Source of the DNA: Narcine bancroftii
Taxonomy: Eukaryota
Direction: 5' to 3'
DNA length: 64,000 nt
NCBI RefSeq assembly: GCF_036971445.1
Contig: NC_091471.1
Coordinates: 342,488,001 to 342,552,000 of the forward strand
The notes beneath the pieces were generated by a model. The model did not search any database. It worked only from the letters and a program-made list of their open reading frames with translations, and was not told where the DNA came from. Of this stretch, positions 49,582 through 62,400 are shown piece by piece; position 1 is the first letter of the stretch; each line of letters opens with the position of its first letter. A program made the position numbers and the translations under genes.

Positions 49582-50401
49582 TAGGAGATGTTGATGAGAG
49601 CTGAATGCATCTTGTTTGCAATTAGGTACTTCCTCTATCTCCTCTGTGCTGTAAACCCTTCTTAAAGATCATTGCTGGAAAATTATACTTTCCAGTTTCA
49701 AGATGACTGTCAGGCAAACTGACTGTGTGGATGTTACAGGATGGGTAAGCTCACCCAGGTTGTCAGGTCTGACCCTCAAGCCAATTTGAGTCTTGATTTA
49801 GAACAGATGTGGGTGCAGATGAATCTATATTATATCAGTACCCCTGTCCTAAATTGGTGCTGAAAGTTTTCTTCCCTGGAATATTGCATTCCTTCCAAAT
49901 CCCTCTATTGGACAAGTTTTAACCTGTGCTTTTTCCATGAATACCATAAGGGATTTAAAGTTGGCAATAGTGATTTACTGACAACTTTGTGCTATAATCT
50001 CTTTACAATATTACTAAAGACAAATCCATATTTAAAGATCAATTTAAATAAGTATAGGGGCAGGTCACTAATAGTTATGGGTGTATGTCTCATGAAAAAA
50101 CACTTTCTAATCCTGCAATCTCCCTGAGACTAGAAAAGTCAGCTCCAATAACAACTAATTTTTCCAATGTTGAGAACATAGTTTGATAAGACAAATATAT
50201 TTATATAAATGACTTTCACATTCCTTTCAGAAGATCCCAAAGCATTTGATAGCATCAGTGTTGTAATACAGTAAAGTGCAGTAAAGCCACACAAATTACA
50301 ATATTATAATAACCAAAATAAATTATTTATTTTCAAAAATTATGGGATGGAAGGGAGAAAATGTTGGTCCAGAATGAGTGATGACACTATAATAAATATC
50401 A

Positions 50402-50638
50402 CAGTACAGAAAAGTCCGGACTGCTCAGGGAACGGGTCGGTTAGGATTTTTGGATTCTCAGGCAGTGCTATAGTGCTTACATAATGCATCCATGCATCCA
50501 TGTAATGCAGGTGTGTGCACACACATGCATAATGTATCCATGCAATGCATGCACGCATGTAAAAGCCAAGAGTTTTTGAAAAGTCCGGGTTCTTGAGTGA
50601 TTTGAATTTCTGGCATCCAGATTTTTGGACTTTTACTG
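50402..50638. mobile_element. Tigger-like MITE with ATGC-rich core
   Basis: CAG..AAAAGTCCGG ... GGACTTTTACTG|TA. Confidence 0.65.
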
Positions 50639-51984
50639 TATTGTTCATGTCCATTTGAGATTTATCATCTTGTCACAAAAAGAAAATGCACCAGTAAGTG
50701 TTGGCTTTGACTTCTGCATTCAAGTCTGTGCACTGGGACTTGAACCCAGAGAGAGGCAAGAATCCTCACAACTGTGAGCCACAGCTGACTCGACTCGTAA
50801 GCCGTTTCCTTCCATCCTCTGTTATTTGATGATGTAATTTCCATTCCAAATTCATTAAAAAGCAATTGAAGCTTATAAGCAGAAAATAAACAGTAAGTGA
50901 AAAAATGTTGGTGATATATTTGAAAGTTCAGTTTTTAATCTTCCCAATTTTTGCAATCAGTTGGTGCAAAAAGCATTTTCCAGTACCAAGTGTCTAATCT
51001 GTTAAAATTAGCCACTGCCAATAAAACATGCGAGTTCTTTGTTGAGATTGTGACTGAATTAAAATCTAAATGAAACATTCCACATGTCCACTGTCATTTC
51101 ACAATCGAATCCCATAGTGTAGGTCGAAAGTAATGAAGTGACACCACTTTCTATCTACCTATTCATATTTCCTGGCGATTTAAAAAAAATTATACAGTGA
51201 TCCAAGTTGATTTTTCAAGATTAAATCAGAATTATTTGATGATATTTCTCATCATACAACGGAGCTTCTAAAATAAAACAAATCCTTAAAATCCCAAGAG
51301 GTGTAAGTTTGGGATGGAACACTTAACTTGAATTGTCTTTTGATTTCCAGGCTAGATTTCAGATTCATTCTGACAAAACTGCATAGTCTATCGAAAACAA
51401 TTAGATCTGAATGCATGTCCTAAACCTAAAATGATACATCTTCAGAATGCTCCTGGTTGCAAAGGCTAATTAGAGTGACATTATGGCTAAATATTTAATC
51501 TTAAAAATGGTTTTTGTGGGGTCAACTAAATCAGATTTAAAAACACCACCAATATTCTTTATTTTGTTCCTACTGTATTCTTCTACCCAATGTGTTCTTC
51601 TTCCCACTCATGCTAAATCTTTATAAAACTAGTAGGTTATTAATTCAGCCAAAAATTTACTCTAACAAAATATACGCAAGTTATTTTCTAAAACTAGAGA
51701 CTTTTAAGAAATTACCCCTTAATTGCTAGTGTTGATTTGAAGTCAGAGGAACAGAACGCATTCAAACTGCTGCTCTAATGCCCTGCCTTGAGTTTAATGG
51801 CCATTCAAAGTAAAGGCATCACTATTAGAGGCCGTAAATAAGATCTGGATAGTTAGAGGTCTAAAAACTCTTTTGGTCATATAGAGAATCTTGGCCAGAT
51901 TCTTCTTGCTAATGCACATTCCCAAAAAAGAAACCAGCACCCTTACCTCATATTAAAAAGGTGTGTGAAAGAGTACCAAAGTTT

Positions 51985-52859
51985 ACGGGTTGAAAACAAC
52001 GTCTTCTCCTCACTGACGGTCAACACAGGCGCACCTCAAGGATGCATTACTTGCTCCTCACCCGTGACTGATGAAAAGGCATCATTCAAATTTGCCAATG
52101 ACACCACGGTCGTCGGTAGTATCACAAACGGCAATGAGGGGATGTGTAGAGAAGAGAGATTAGCTAGGTGGGTGGTGTGATAATAAAACAACCTTGCCAC
52201 GCAATGTCAGCAAAACCAAAGTGCTGATTGTAGACTCTGGAGGAACTCAGGAGAACACGACGGCTCAGCAGTGGATAGGGTCAAGAATTTCGAATTTCTG
52301 GGAATCAACATCTCTGAGGTTCTGGGCTGGGGGCTTCATGCCAATTTAATCACAAAGAAGGCTCGCCGATGGCTTTACTTTGCGAGGATTTTGAGGAGAT
52401 TTGGTATGTCACCAGAGATTCTCAGAAATATCGACAGGTGTACCATGGAGAGCATACTGTCTGGTCTGGAGGTACCAATGCACAGGACAAGAATAAAAAA
52501 CTCCAGGTGTTAACTTGGCCCACTCCATCGAGGACATCTACAGGAGGAGGTGGCTTAAGAAAGCATCCTCTGCCCTCAAGAACCCCCATGATCAGGCCAT
52601 ACCCTCTCCACCCTGCTGCCATCAAGAAAAACGTACAGGAGCCTGAAGATGAGCAGCCAGTGATGCAAGGGTAGCTTCTACACTTCCACTATTAGATTTC
52701 CTAATGGACAATGAACCAGGAACACAACCTCACTTTATCCTATTTTCTTGCACTATTTATTTATTTCTGAAATATAATTTAAAGCAACATTTGCACTGTG
52801 ATTCTGCCGCGAAACAACGAATTTCATGAGATGTTCATGACAATAAATTCTGATTCTGA
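51985..52859 (+). mobile_element. Rex1/Babar-like LINE 3' half
   Basis: LTVNTGAPQGC, KFANDTTVVG, FEFLGINISE, LRRFGMSP; tail CATGACAATAAATTCTGATTCTGA. Confidence 0.9.
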
Positions 52860-53419
52860 AAGGTGTCTTGTTCTTTGTAGACTATCGCATGCCTCAGAAT
52901 TTCCACTGGTTAAACCACGCAAACAACTTGAAGTGCTATTTTAGGGCAAATCATGATTCTAACAAATTAATGGGGCTTGATTTCATTGTGCCAAGATATC
53001 TAATACCAGTTAAACTTGCCATTGCATGTCAAAAAAAAAATTGTTACTGAGGATTGAAAACATAGAAAGTAGACTTTTAGATCCTGGTCTAAGTCCAATT
53101 AACCAGTTAGATTGAAGAAACATGAAATTAATAAGCATTTCAAGAAGTTTAGGTTAGAAAACAACATTCACTATAAATTAATGGATTCCCACAGACACCT
53201 TGACTACAAATTCTCCAAACTTGAATTCTGTTCAAGTCTCCTTTTTTTTGCATCTCTGTTATACCTGTTCTGAAGATGTCACTATCTACACATTTTTTCC
53301 TCAGCTGTAAATTCTTATCTAACATTGTCAACAACCTTCCCACCCACATCTTTTCCATTTCTCAGAACTCTGTTTTCACCCCTTCTTTTCCTTTCCAGAA
53401 TAAGGGGAGGTAGCTTTTG

Positions 53420-54765
53420 CGAGTAAAACACAGGCACTTCGATTAAAGTAAAAACACAACGCTGGAGAAACTCAGCAGGTCAATCAATGACTTTTATATA
53501 GCCAAGGTAAAGATGCATAACCAACATCCCTGAGCCCTTCATCTTTTATCTTTGCTTGCATTCTAACAGTCCTCCACATCCAATGCATCACCAACTACAA
53601 CTTTCCACACTTCTATGAAAATGCCAATCTGTACTTTCAAAGGGGTCATTCCATTTAGCATATTCTGATTTAATCTTCTGCATAGATCAAGTGACACAAC
53701 CTTTAACCCACTAGCACCCAAATGCATTCCTCATGAAGCAGTGATTGATGTACCTGACTTAAGTTTACTCGACTGCATTCACTTCTCACAATGTGATCTC
53801 CTTTACACTTGAGAGACTGAATCCTGATTGGATAATCCATATGGGAAGCCCTGAGCTTCCAGTCACCTCTATCCCACTCCAATTCTGAATTCTCTGTCCT
53901 GTATTTTTGAAATGTTTTCATCGTCATAAAACAGGAAACTCCACATTCAATTTTACCATAGCATGATCCCACAATCCTTCCAAGTGAAGCAACATTTTAC
54001 TCATGAATCTTCAGGGGTCATCTTCTGAATCTCGCACCTTCTGTTGTGATCTCCTCTACATCAGAGGAGCATCTCAGCTCTGTTCACTGCAATCAGTTTG
54101 TTAACATTTCTTTATTTGCTTACATGTATACATTGAGTACAGGTTTTTTTTTGCATGACCAATAGGTTGTAATTCTCCCTTGCCCGCAAAAAAAGGAATC
54201 ATGTATATACTCTGACAATAAATGTGAAATCAAAGAAATCAGTGGCAGTGGATCTCCCAATGATCCCCCATTTTAATTGCTGTCCCATTCCCTTACTGAC
54301 ATGTCTGTCCATGGTCGCATATACTGCCAGACTGAGACCACCCTCAAGTTAGAGGAAAAGCACCTCACCTCCTGTCTGGGCACCTTCCAAACAGATGGCA
54401 TTATATTGACTTTTCTGGTTTCTGTTAAGTCCCTTCTCCCCCCTCCTTTCTTCTTCCCCTGTCGTCTTTACCCCAACTCTCTCTCTCTTCCCTTTTCCCT
54501 CAGTCTCCTTTCCCAGAGCCAAAATCAATTCTCACCTTTCCTCTTATCATATCTAATTAACACCTTTTGACTGTTGGCCATTCTTCAGTCTTTATTGAGA
54601 TGTCTTCCTGTTTATTGCTTATATCTGGAAGAAGGGCTCAGGCCCGAAGCGTCGTCCACAAATTTTTACCTTCCATGGACGCTACAAGACTGGCGGAGTA
54701 ACTCCAGCATTTCTGTTTGCTTTTACTACAAACACAGCATCTGCAGACTTCGATGTTTCCCATTC
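53420..54765 (+). mobile_element. Penelope-like element with inverted 5' terminal repeat (53420-53543) and a nested LINE tail
   Basis: GIY-YIG remnant at 53970-54066; QTETTLKLEEKHL..CLGTFQ; hammerhead motif at 54625-54654; 5' part is the reverse complement of the terminal repeat. Confidence 0.75.
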
Positions 54766-55518
54766 TCCCCCCACCCCCTGTTTTATAAAAACATATTATC
54801 TGTTTAAATGATGTTGATTGAGGAATATTAACAACCAAAAAACAGAAGTGAGCACTTACCCTTAAAAATGGTGGTATGGGGCCAATTTATATCCACTTCT
54901 GAGGGGCAATATACTTCTTGGTTTAAGGTCTCATGTGGAAAACAAGTTCTTCCTTTCTTTCTCAGAAAACCATACAAAGCCACTTCACTTTGGGTGAAGA
55001 GATTCTTTCTAATGTGCTGGTCTCAGTTAATGATCAAGGCACAATCATGGGAATTGAACTCACAACTTTCAAATTCAGTTGAGAGCAGTGTAGAATTGCC
55101 CAGACAGCACATGGAGATAAAAATGATCAACTTGGGCAGAAGTACCAGAATTTAAAATCAAATAATTGTCTAAAATTTCCTTTGGATTTATTAGCTCTGT
55201 CTGCAGTAGTACCATGATTGTTTCAAATGATGAAAACAACTGAATTTGAATACTGTAATAAATCTATATCTAGAACAGAAACATACTTGCATTACATTTA
55301 AATCAGATATATTAAAAAAATCATTTGGACTCAGACGACATACTAACTTCATTATAAATGAAGTTAAATGCAACTTTAGAGTTGGTTGCAAAGATTAGGG
55401 ACATCCACTTGATACAAAGAAATAATTTTCATTCTTAGCTGTTGGCTGCTAATTACTTCAGAAATCTGAATGTGGCTTATCTTTACACAGAATCCTTCAG
55501 TACAGAGGGGATGAAGGG

Positions 55519-55962
55519 TGTAAGGTAAAACATCATGAGATGGGAATGTGTAGGGAGTTACCCTGTACAGGGCAGTAACAAGAAGGGGAGGTGTCCTTGT
55601 ACTCCTGTTAGGTAAAACATCATGAGATGGGACCGGAGAAGGAGTCACCCAGTACTAAGGAGTAACAGAATGCATCCTTGTACTTACAAGATAAGAGAGA
55701 CATTGATGGATTGAGAGGCAGGAAGCTAGCAGGGAAAGGATAGCAACAGTTTTAGTCATTGGACAAGTAATGATATGATGATGTTCTAAGCATGTATCCA
55801 AGGGTATAAAAAATCACCATTTTGCTGATAACGGCAGAATGCATTCTCCGACTAACTTTGTTAGTCGCAAGTGTTACAATCCGGTAATAAAGAACAAAGA
55901 ACCCTGATTTCGACTCAGCCTGGTGTTTGTCTCACTCATTCATGAACAAAGCAGACCTAACA
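55519..55962 (+). mobile_element. Solo LTR family A, copy 3
   Basis: TGTAAGG...CCTAACA; TSD AGGG; TATAAAA at 55805; AATAAA at 55885. Confidence 0.95.
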
Positions 55963-56819
55963 AGGGTTATGGGAAGTGAGCAGAGACCAGGACTAGTAGC
56001 CAGCATAGATCAACCTCTGAATAGCAGCGCAGCATTATGGGACTTGGTGGCCCACTCAGAGTTCTTGTATTCTTAGAGGAATGTGCACATGTCACTTGGG
56101 AGGATGGTTTATGTTGATGGACAGAAACAAAAAAAAGTCTGTAAGATCAACACATTCCCATCAATTGTTCTTTTTAGCACAAATTTTATAGTTTTCACTG
56201 TTTTATGGAACACCTCCAGACGCCTCAAGTTTCTGGAACTGCGCTAAATAAACACAAGTGGATTCAATGAAGTGAATTTTAAAAAAACTTGGGTATAAAG
56301 GTTCGGCCTAATCCTATTAGCAAAAGAAATACAACTCATCATTAGAGCCCCTTACTAGCTGTCCCTCTATTCCCCAGGCCTTAAACCTCTGCTAGATTGT
56401 AGCAGTATCAACACTTCCTTCTTGGTTCATATCTTTCGCTGTTTCTCCAAGCTTAAAGAGCTGTCAGTCTGAATAATTTTGATAGAATCTCAAGTTTAGT
56501 AATATCCTTCCATGACTAGTTAATAAAAAGTTGATATTGGAAATGATTTGTAATTATAATAGGCACTGCGGCTGATGTTAATCATCAAAATTGTTAATCC
56601 TGTGTTCTATTTGCTTTGAAACAATGGAGAAGAATATAAGTGTATAAAGTGATTGCACAGAGTTTTGCCACCATGCATTTTCAGCTGGAAGCCAATTTGC
56701 AGTGAGCATGAGCCAAGGTTAAGACATCAGAATTCCAATGCCATCACTCTGTGTCCAAGCTGCACTAAGGATTGAGATACTCCAAGAATATTAACAAGTT
56801 TATTGACAATGTTTAACCT

Positions 56820-57120
56820 AATTGGAAAGGAGACAGAGGAGTAGGGAAAGGTTGTTTTGGCGGGGGGGGTTAACATAAATTGGAGATGCCGACTTATTGG
56901 AGACCATCGAGAGCGGAATACAAGGTATTGTTCCTCCAATTTGTGGGTGGCCTTGATTTTGGCAGCACACAAGGGCATGGACAGACATGACAGTGTGCAA
57001 TGATGTGTGGGATTAAAGTGGTAAGTGGTCTTTTAAATAAAAGTTGATCGACATTTACTTCCTGCTGATGCCACGGACCTGCTGAGCTTGTCCAGTACTT
57101 TTGTGCATTTTACAGATTTT
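56820..57120 (-). mobile_element. Penelope-like fragment with adjacent inverted terminal repeat
   Basis: Minus ORF ATHKLEEQYLVFR; plus-strand GACCTGCTGAGCTTGTCCAG at ~57076. Confidence 0.65.
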
Positions 57121-58152
57121 ATGTTTGGATCGCTCTCAATGAGAAAGAGGGAAAGCTTTGTAATGTACATTTTCTCTAAGAAGGGAAAGAGGAATATTAA
57201 ATTCATTGCATCCTTGTCCATTTAACATTTGTAATAATACAGTTCTTTCTTCCTTCTTTCAGTTCAGTGCATTCTGCTTGGCTTCCCACATTAGAAAGTA
57301 TTTGCCCCTAATCTAATAAGCCTGAGATGGATCAGCATGACCCACCTTTACAAATTGCTGCTCTTTCAGCTTCCCTCTATCTCTAATTCTGATCTGCATT
57401 TCTAATCTATCAATCTTCTCCACAGGAGGTGGGTAGCTTGAAGCCTCAAAATTCATCAATATCCCCATGGAATTAATCAGATTTCCAGGGCCACAAGTGA
57501 AATCTTGATATACAACACAAATGTTAGCCATTAAATTACACTCACACAGCGAGAGCAAAGTGACTCCTGCTAGCTGAACTGTCAAGTATTCTTCAGGAAG
57601 CGCAGTGGGAGCATTCCTCTGAATAGTGATGACTAGGTACATTAATGACCATCTCTTCAATCTATGCTACTGATGCACAGTGAAGCTGTCATGTAGCAGC
57701 ATCTTAAATCAATAACTGACAGCACAGCAATTACAAATTCTTCGAAGATTATTATCAAGACAACTTTGATCTTAATTACCTTTACTGCTTGTTCCAGCTC
57801 GTGTTGGTGGTGAAATAAAGGTGAAAGGTGGGCACTTTTAATTCCCTCTGTTTTTTTATTCCAGATTCCCCACCCCAACCATCCATCTCAGTTTGCATAG
57901 GCTCCAAGAAGAATTGACTCCTTGCTTGGGGAACATGTTCCACAGAACATGCCCCCCCCCCCCCACCAAATCTAGAGGCCTGAACTACTGACTTAATACT
58001 GAAAATGAATCAAAGGCATTTCTGAACAGCCATTCAGAATTCTTCTCAGAACAACACCATAGTTCATTCAAACTATGCAATATCTCAATTTATTACAAAA
58101 TATGCATGGTTTGAGAATAACTATTTGTTTAACTAGTATTGAGTAACCATTT

Positions 58153-58922
58153 CATCAGATGCAAGGATCGACAATGAGATAGACAACAGACTCGCCAAGG
58201 CAAATAGCGCCTTTGGAAGACTACACAAAAGAGTCTGGAAAAACAACCAACTGAAAAACCTCACAAAGATAAGCGTATACAGAGCCGTTGTCATACCCAC
58301 ACTCCTGTTCGGCTCCGAATCATGGGTCCTCTACCGGCACCACCTACGGCTCCTAGAACGCTTCCACCAGCGTTGTCTCCGCTCCATCCTCAACATCCAT
58401 TGGAGCGCTCACACCCCTAACGTCGAGGTACTCGAGATGGCAGAGGTCGACAGCATCGAGTCCACGCTGCTGAAGATCCAGCTGCGCTGGATGGGTCACG
58501 TCTCCAGAATGGAGGACCATCGCCTTCCCAAGATCGTATTATATGGCGAGCTCTCCACTGGCCACCGTGACAGAGGTGCACCAAAGAAAAGGTACAAGGA
58601 CTGCCTAAAGAAATCTCTTGGTGCCTGCCACATTGACCACCGCCAGTGGGCTGATAACGCCTCAAACCGTGCATCTTGGCGCCTCACAGTTTGGCGGGCA
58701 GCAGCCTCCTTTGAAGAAGACCGCAGAGCCCACCTCACTGACAAAAGGCAAAGGAGGAAAAACCTAACACCCAACCCCAACCAACCAATTTTCCCTTGCA
58801 ACCGCTGCAATCGTGTCTGCCTGTCCCGCATCGGACTGGTCAGCCACAAACGAGCCTGCAGATGACGTGGACTTTTTTACCCCCTCCATAAATCTTCGTC
58901 CGCGAAGCCAAGCCAAAGAAAG
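58153..58922 (+). mobile_element. Young RTE LINE, longest copy, open reading frame 58146-58865
   Basis: TISSDARIDNEIDNRLAKANSAFGRL...CNRC...HKRAC with no stops; perfect 15-bp TSD ATTGAGTAACCATTT (58138-58152 and 58923-58937). Confidence 0.97.
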
Positions 58923-60079
58923 ATTGAGTAACCATTTGTTGATTAGAAGGAGCTCTCTGACTGCAATAGTACATTAAGATTTGCAACAAAAATCCCCAGT
59001 GCGTGGAATTCAAGCAACCGACAACCTAAGCAAATGAGGGGGATTTTTAAAAAATCAGAGGAAATAAATTAGAGCGACTAAGGACAAATAAAAATTTAAA
59101 TAAAAGTTTAACATTGTAAAAGGAAATGCTCTCCGAAGCAACACATCCCCAGTCGTACCCCGCCCACAGCAGCTGTTTGAACAAAGTTGTGTTTGAATTG
59201 ATATGGTGGTGCCCAGACTGATGCTGTTGGGTAGACTCTCCCCCAAAGTGTCTCCCTATCCCTCCCTAATAATATTAATATATTAATAAGACTTTATGTG
59301 TAAATGGGGAAGGGGGTTAATTATGATGGTGGCATGGTTAGCGAAGCAGTTAGTACAACAGTGCTACAGTGCCAATGAGTGGGGTTCAAATTTAGTAAAT
59401 TACGGGAATTACCTGTTTTAATTGAACTTTATACAATTAAGATCTACAATACTGATTTAGTTTTCACATTACATTTGGCAATGTCTTTTGTCTTTTAAAC
59501 TGCTTGTTCTTAATGCAGGTGTATTAGTTAGGCATTGTAAGAGTGTGTCTCAGTCAACTGGAAAATTTGCATATCTGGCATCTGCATTATGCTGGACACT
59601 GGGATTTTACTGTAAACTAGTTCTGGTGCTCTGAGGTTACTGCAGTCTTTTTGTTCTAACTCATCGGTTACCTCAGGTGGTTGTTCTGGGATGAGTTCAT
59701 CTTTTGGAGAACTGGTTAGCTCAAAAATTAGGGCAACATGACCAAGCTTAATCCAGGTTAATATTTGCAAGTGGTATTTTCTCATCTCTGATTTAACTGA
59801 GTCAACAAGAATAAAAGTGCCTGTTATATTATGTATTGGAATTCCAATTGATCACATGTTTTTTGGCTTAATGGATTGTCAAAAGATACCCATAATATAC
59901 AGACAGGTTATTCTCTCCACCTAACAGCATTTGCAATTTATTAACAGATATACCCACATTTAATGTTGACACTGTCTATTATAAATGCTGTTAATTGCAG
60001 TTTAATACTTATGCTGTTGATGAGAACCTAAAAGCTTCAATAGACATAGCCTAGATGAAGTGTCCACTGGTTACTAAAG

Positions 60080-60635
60080 ACCAAATTTTGTTCATGGTGA
60101 AACCAATCTGCCTGGATGGCAAAAGAGAGCCACTTCCAGTTTTCTTGATGAAAGATTTAAGGTAGTAAATTTAGAATGGAGAGGAAGAGGAATTGGTTTT
60201 CCTAGTGGGTGGCACCTCTGATAGCTCAGTGGTTAGAGCACTGGTCATGTAAACCAGGATCGCGAGTTCGCTTCTGGCTGGGGCCTTATTCCGTGAGGGG
60301 CGCTGGACAAAAAAGTGACTCTCTGTCTTCCTTACGGTAGACAAAGTTAAAGAATTTCATGTATGTTACATTCTAAATGTAGTATTATGAGACAATAATG
60401 GAAACTTTCCCTTTATCTGTGGAATTCACTGCCCATTGAAGCAGTGACCTCAGTAAATATGGACAAGGTTCGATAGATTTTAACATAGCAAGGGAACTAG
60501 GTGATATGAGGGGAAAAGGCAGGTGGGTGGAAATGGGCTGATTATCAGATTAGCCATGATATCCTCGAATGGTGGAACAGGCTTGATGGGCCAGATGGCC
60601 CACTCCTGCTGCTATTTCTTATGCTCTTACGTTCA
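60080..60635 (+). mobile_element. CR1 3' fragment split by a tRNA-Thr SINE
   Basis: GAGGAATTGGTTTTCC..GGGTGG and CTGTGGAATTCACTGCCC join across the insertion; CR1 3'UTR follows. Confidence 0.75.
60215..60413 (+). mobile_element. SINE with tRNA-Thr(UGU)-derived head (60215-60286) and Rex1-like tail
   Basis: ATAGCTCAGTGGTTAGAGCACTGGTCATGTAAACCAGGATCGCGAGTTCG...GCTGGGGCCT closely follows vertebrate tRNA-Thr-TGT; acceptor and T stems are damaged; no T-run terminator; followed by a LINE-type tail. Confidence 0.85.
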
Positions 60636-60899
60636 TGTGGTCCCAATGGCCTATCAAGTATTTGTTCTGGGTTATGGTTTTGACAAACTACTGCATTAAA
60701 ATATATTGTCCCTTGGTTCCTTTGAGAATTACTGAAAATTTTCATCCCTTAGTTGCAAGGCATCCTTTCTTTCATCCCGGGCATAATTCTAATACATCTC
60801 CAATGCACCTTTTCCACATCTTTGACATGTTCCTAAAGCATGGTGCCCAGAATTCAGTGAAATTATCAATTGTGGACTAATCATAAATACTGTAATACA

Positions 60900-61358
60900 G
60901 AACCATAGAGAACACTAGAGTGCAGAGACAAGCCCTTTGGCACATCTAGTCTGTGCCAAAATATTATTTCACCTAGTCCCCTTGACCACACCCAGACCAT
61001 AGCCCTCCTTACCCCTCCCATCCAAGTACCTGTTCAAATTTTTCTTAAATGTCAAAATGGAGCTTGCATTCACCACTGCAGTTCCTTCCACGCTCTCACC
61101 ACTCTCTGCATGGTTTCCTCTAATGTCCTTTTTAAACATTTCCCCTTTCATTTTTAATCCATGTCCTCTAGTTCCTTTCTCACCCAACCACAGTGGGAAA
61201 AGCATGCCTGCACTTATTCTATCTATACCCCTTATAATTTTGTATACCTCTCTCAAATCTTCCCTCATTCCTCTATGCTTTTGAGAATAAAGTCCTAACC
61301 TGTTTAACCTTAGTTCCTCAAGTTCCGGTGAATTCCTTGTCAGTCTTCTCTGCATTCT
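60900..61358 (-). mobile_element. CR1 3' fragment
   Basis: QRRLTR...LNRLGLYS...DLREVYKII.G.D...TRGHGLK. Confidence 0.9.
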
Positions 61359-61689
61359 TTAATTGTACCGTTTATAGTAGCCTTTTGTCCTCACACAGTA
61401 ATTCCTCAAGGGGAGATTAATATTTTCCAAAAGGCATTTTCTGCATGTGCACTATTCTGGAAAATTAACACAAGTTATTGATCTTGAAAATAAAACTGAA
61501 AAAAAAAATCATAATTCAATGTAGGTCTTTAATTTATGGGCATCATCCCAGGAAGTGCCTCCAGCATTTTTATGCAACATCTGTAATTAATGGCTCCCTC
61601 AAGAAGTTACATGAACCATGCTCTCAAGAATTGATCTCACATGGCTTCTTTATTTGTGCAGAATATTTACTTTAATGACAGCAAGTTAT

Positions 61690-62400
61690 GGGACCTACAC
61701 ATCAGGAACAAAATACATGGGGTGGCCCTTTTGTATTTGGAATGAACATGTCCAAAAGGTTGAACATCTGAAAGAGGCAAAATTAAAAGGGAAGCTACCG
61801 GGACATGCACCTTTGGGACAGGGCATGTTAAATATTTTTGTCTGAGAAAGCCCAAGATTATTACTGGAAAAGGATGTTCACAGTTTTGGAGGGAGAGTCT
61901 AATGAAGAGCATTAGAGGTAAGGTTCTAGGGCAACCAAGGAGGCATTCAAAAGGTATTAAGTAGTGGCAGACTTGATACAAATACTCAGAATTTAATTCA
62001 ACGATTAGGCTAGTAATTCAAACCAATGCCACCAGATTAACGGGAACCATACAAATTAAGGAAGCTACAGAGAAATCAAAATTAGGATAATAAATGCATT
62101 GAGACAGGAAAATATGATTAGCCAAATAATAGACATAATCCAGGATTGAGGAATAATCCATAATTGAGGAAGGAGAATGGCTCATTTAATAGGAGATGAC
62201 TGGAGAAAATAGTTGAGCAAATTAACACTTAGGTGTGGAGATCATTGCCCAGGAGGGTGATCATGTTAGCATTTGAGTTGTTTACTGCTGCAGGAGTATG
62301 AATCAAATTTAAAAGGCCTCCAGGCAAGGCAAGGTCAAAACAAGGCCTTACAATATATGAAAAATGCTTTAATGCTCGCATGCCTTAAAAGGGACCATTC
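61690..62400 (+). mobile_element. Old CR1 ORF2 5' (endonuclease-region) remnant
   Basis: Purine-rich decayed coding sequence with LGxGDH-like CACTTAGGTGTGGAGATCAT. Confidence 0.35.

Noticed and set aside
59528-59785. 85-aa acidic ORF as a host exon
   Set aside because: No recognisable domain, and its 3' half overlaps a Tigger-like TIR (TACAGTAAAATCCC on the minus strand).
60215-60286. Functional tRNA-Thr gene
   Set aside because: Acceptor and T stems are mismatched, U33 is replaced by A, there is no T-run terminator, and it is joined to a LINE-type tail inside a CR1.
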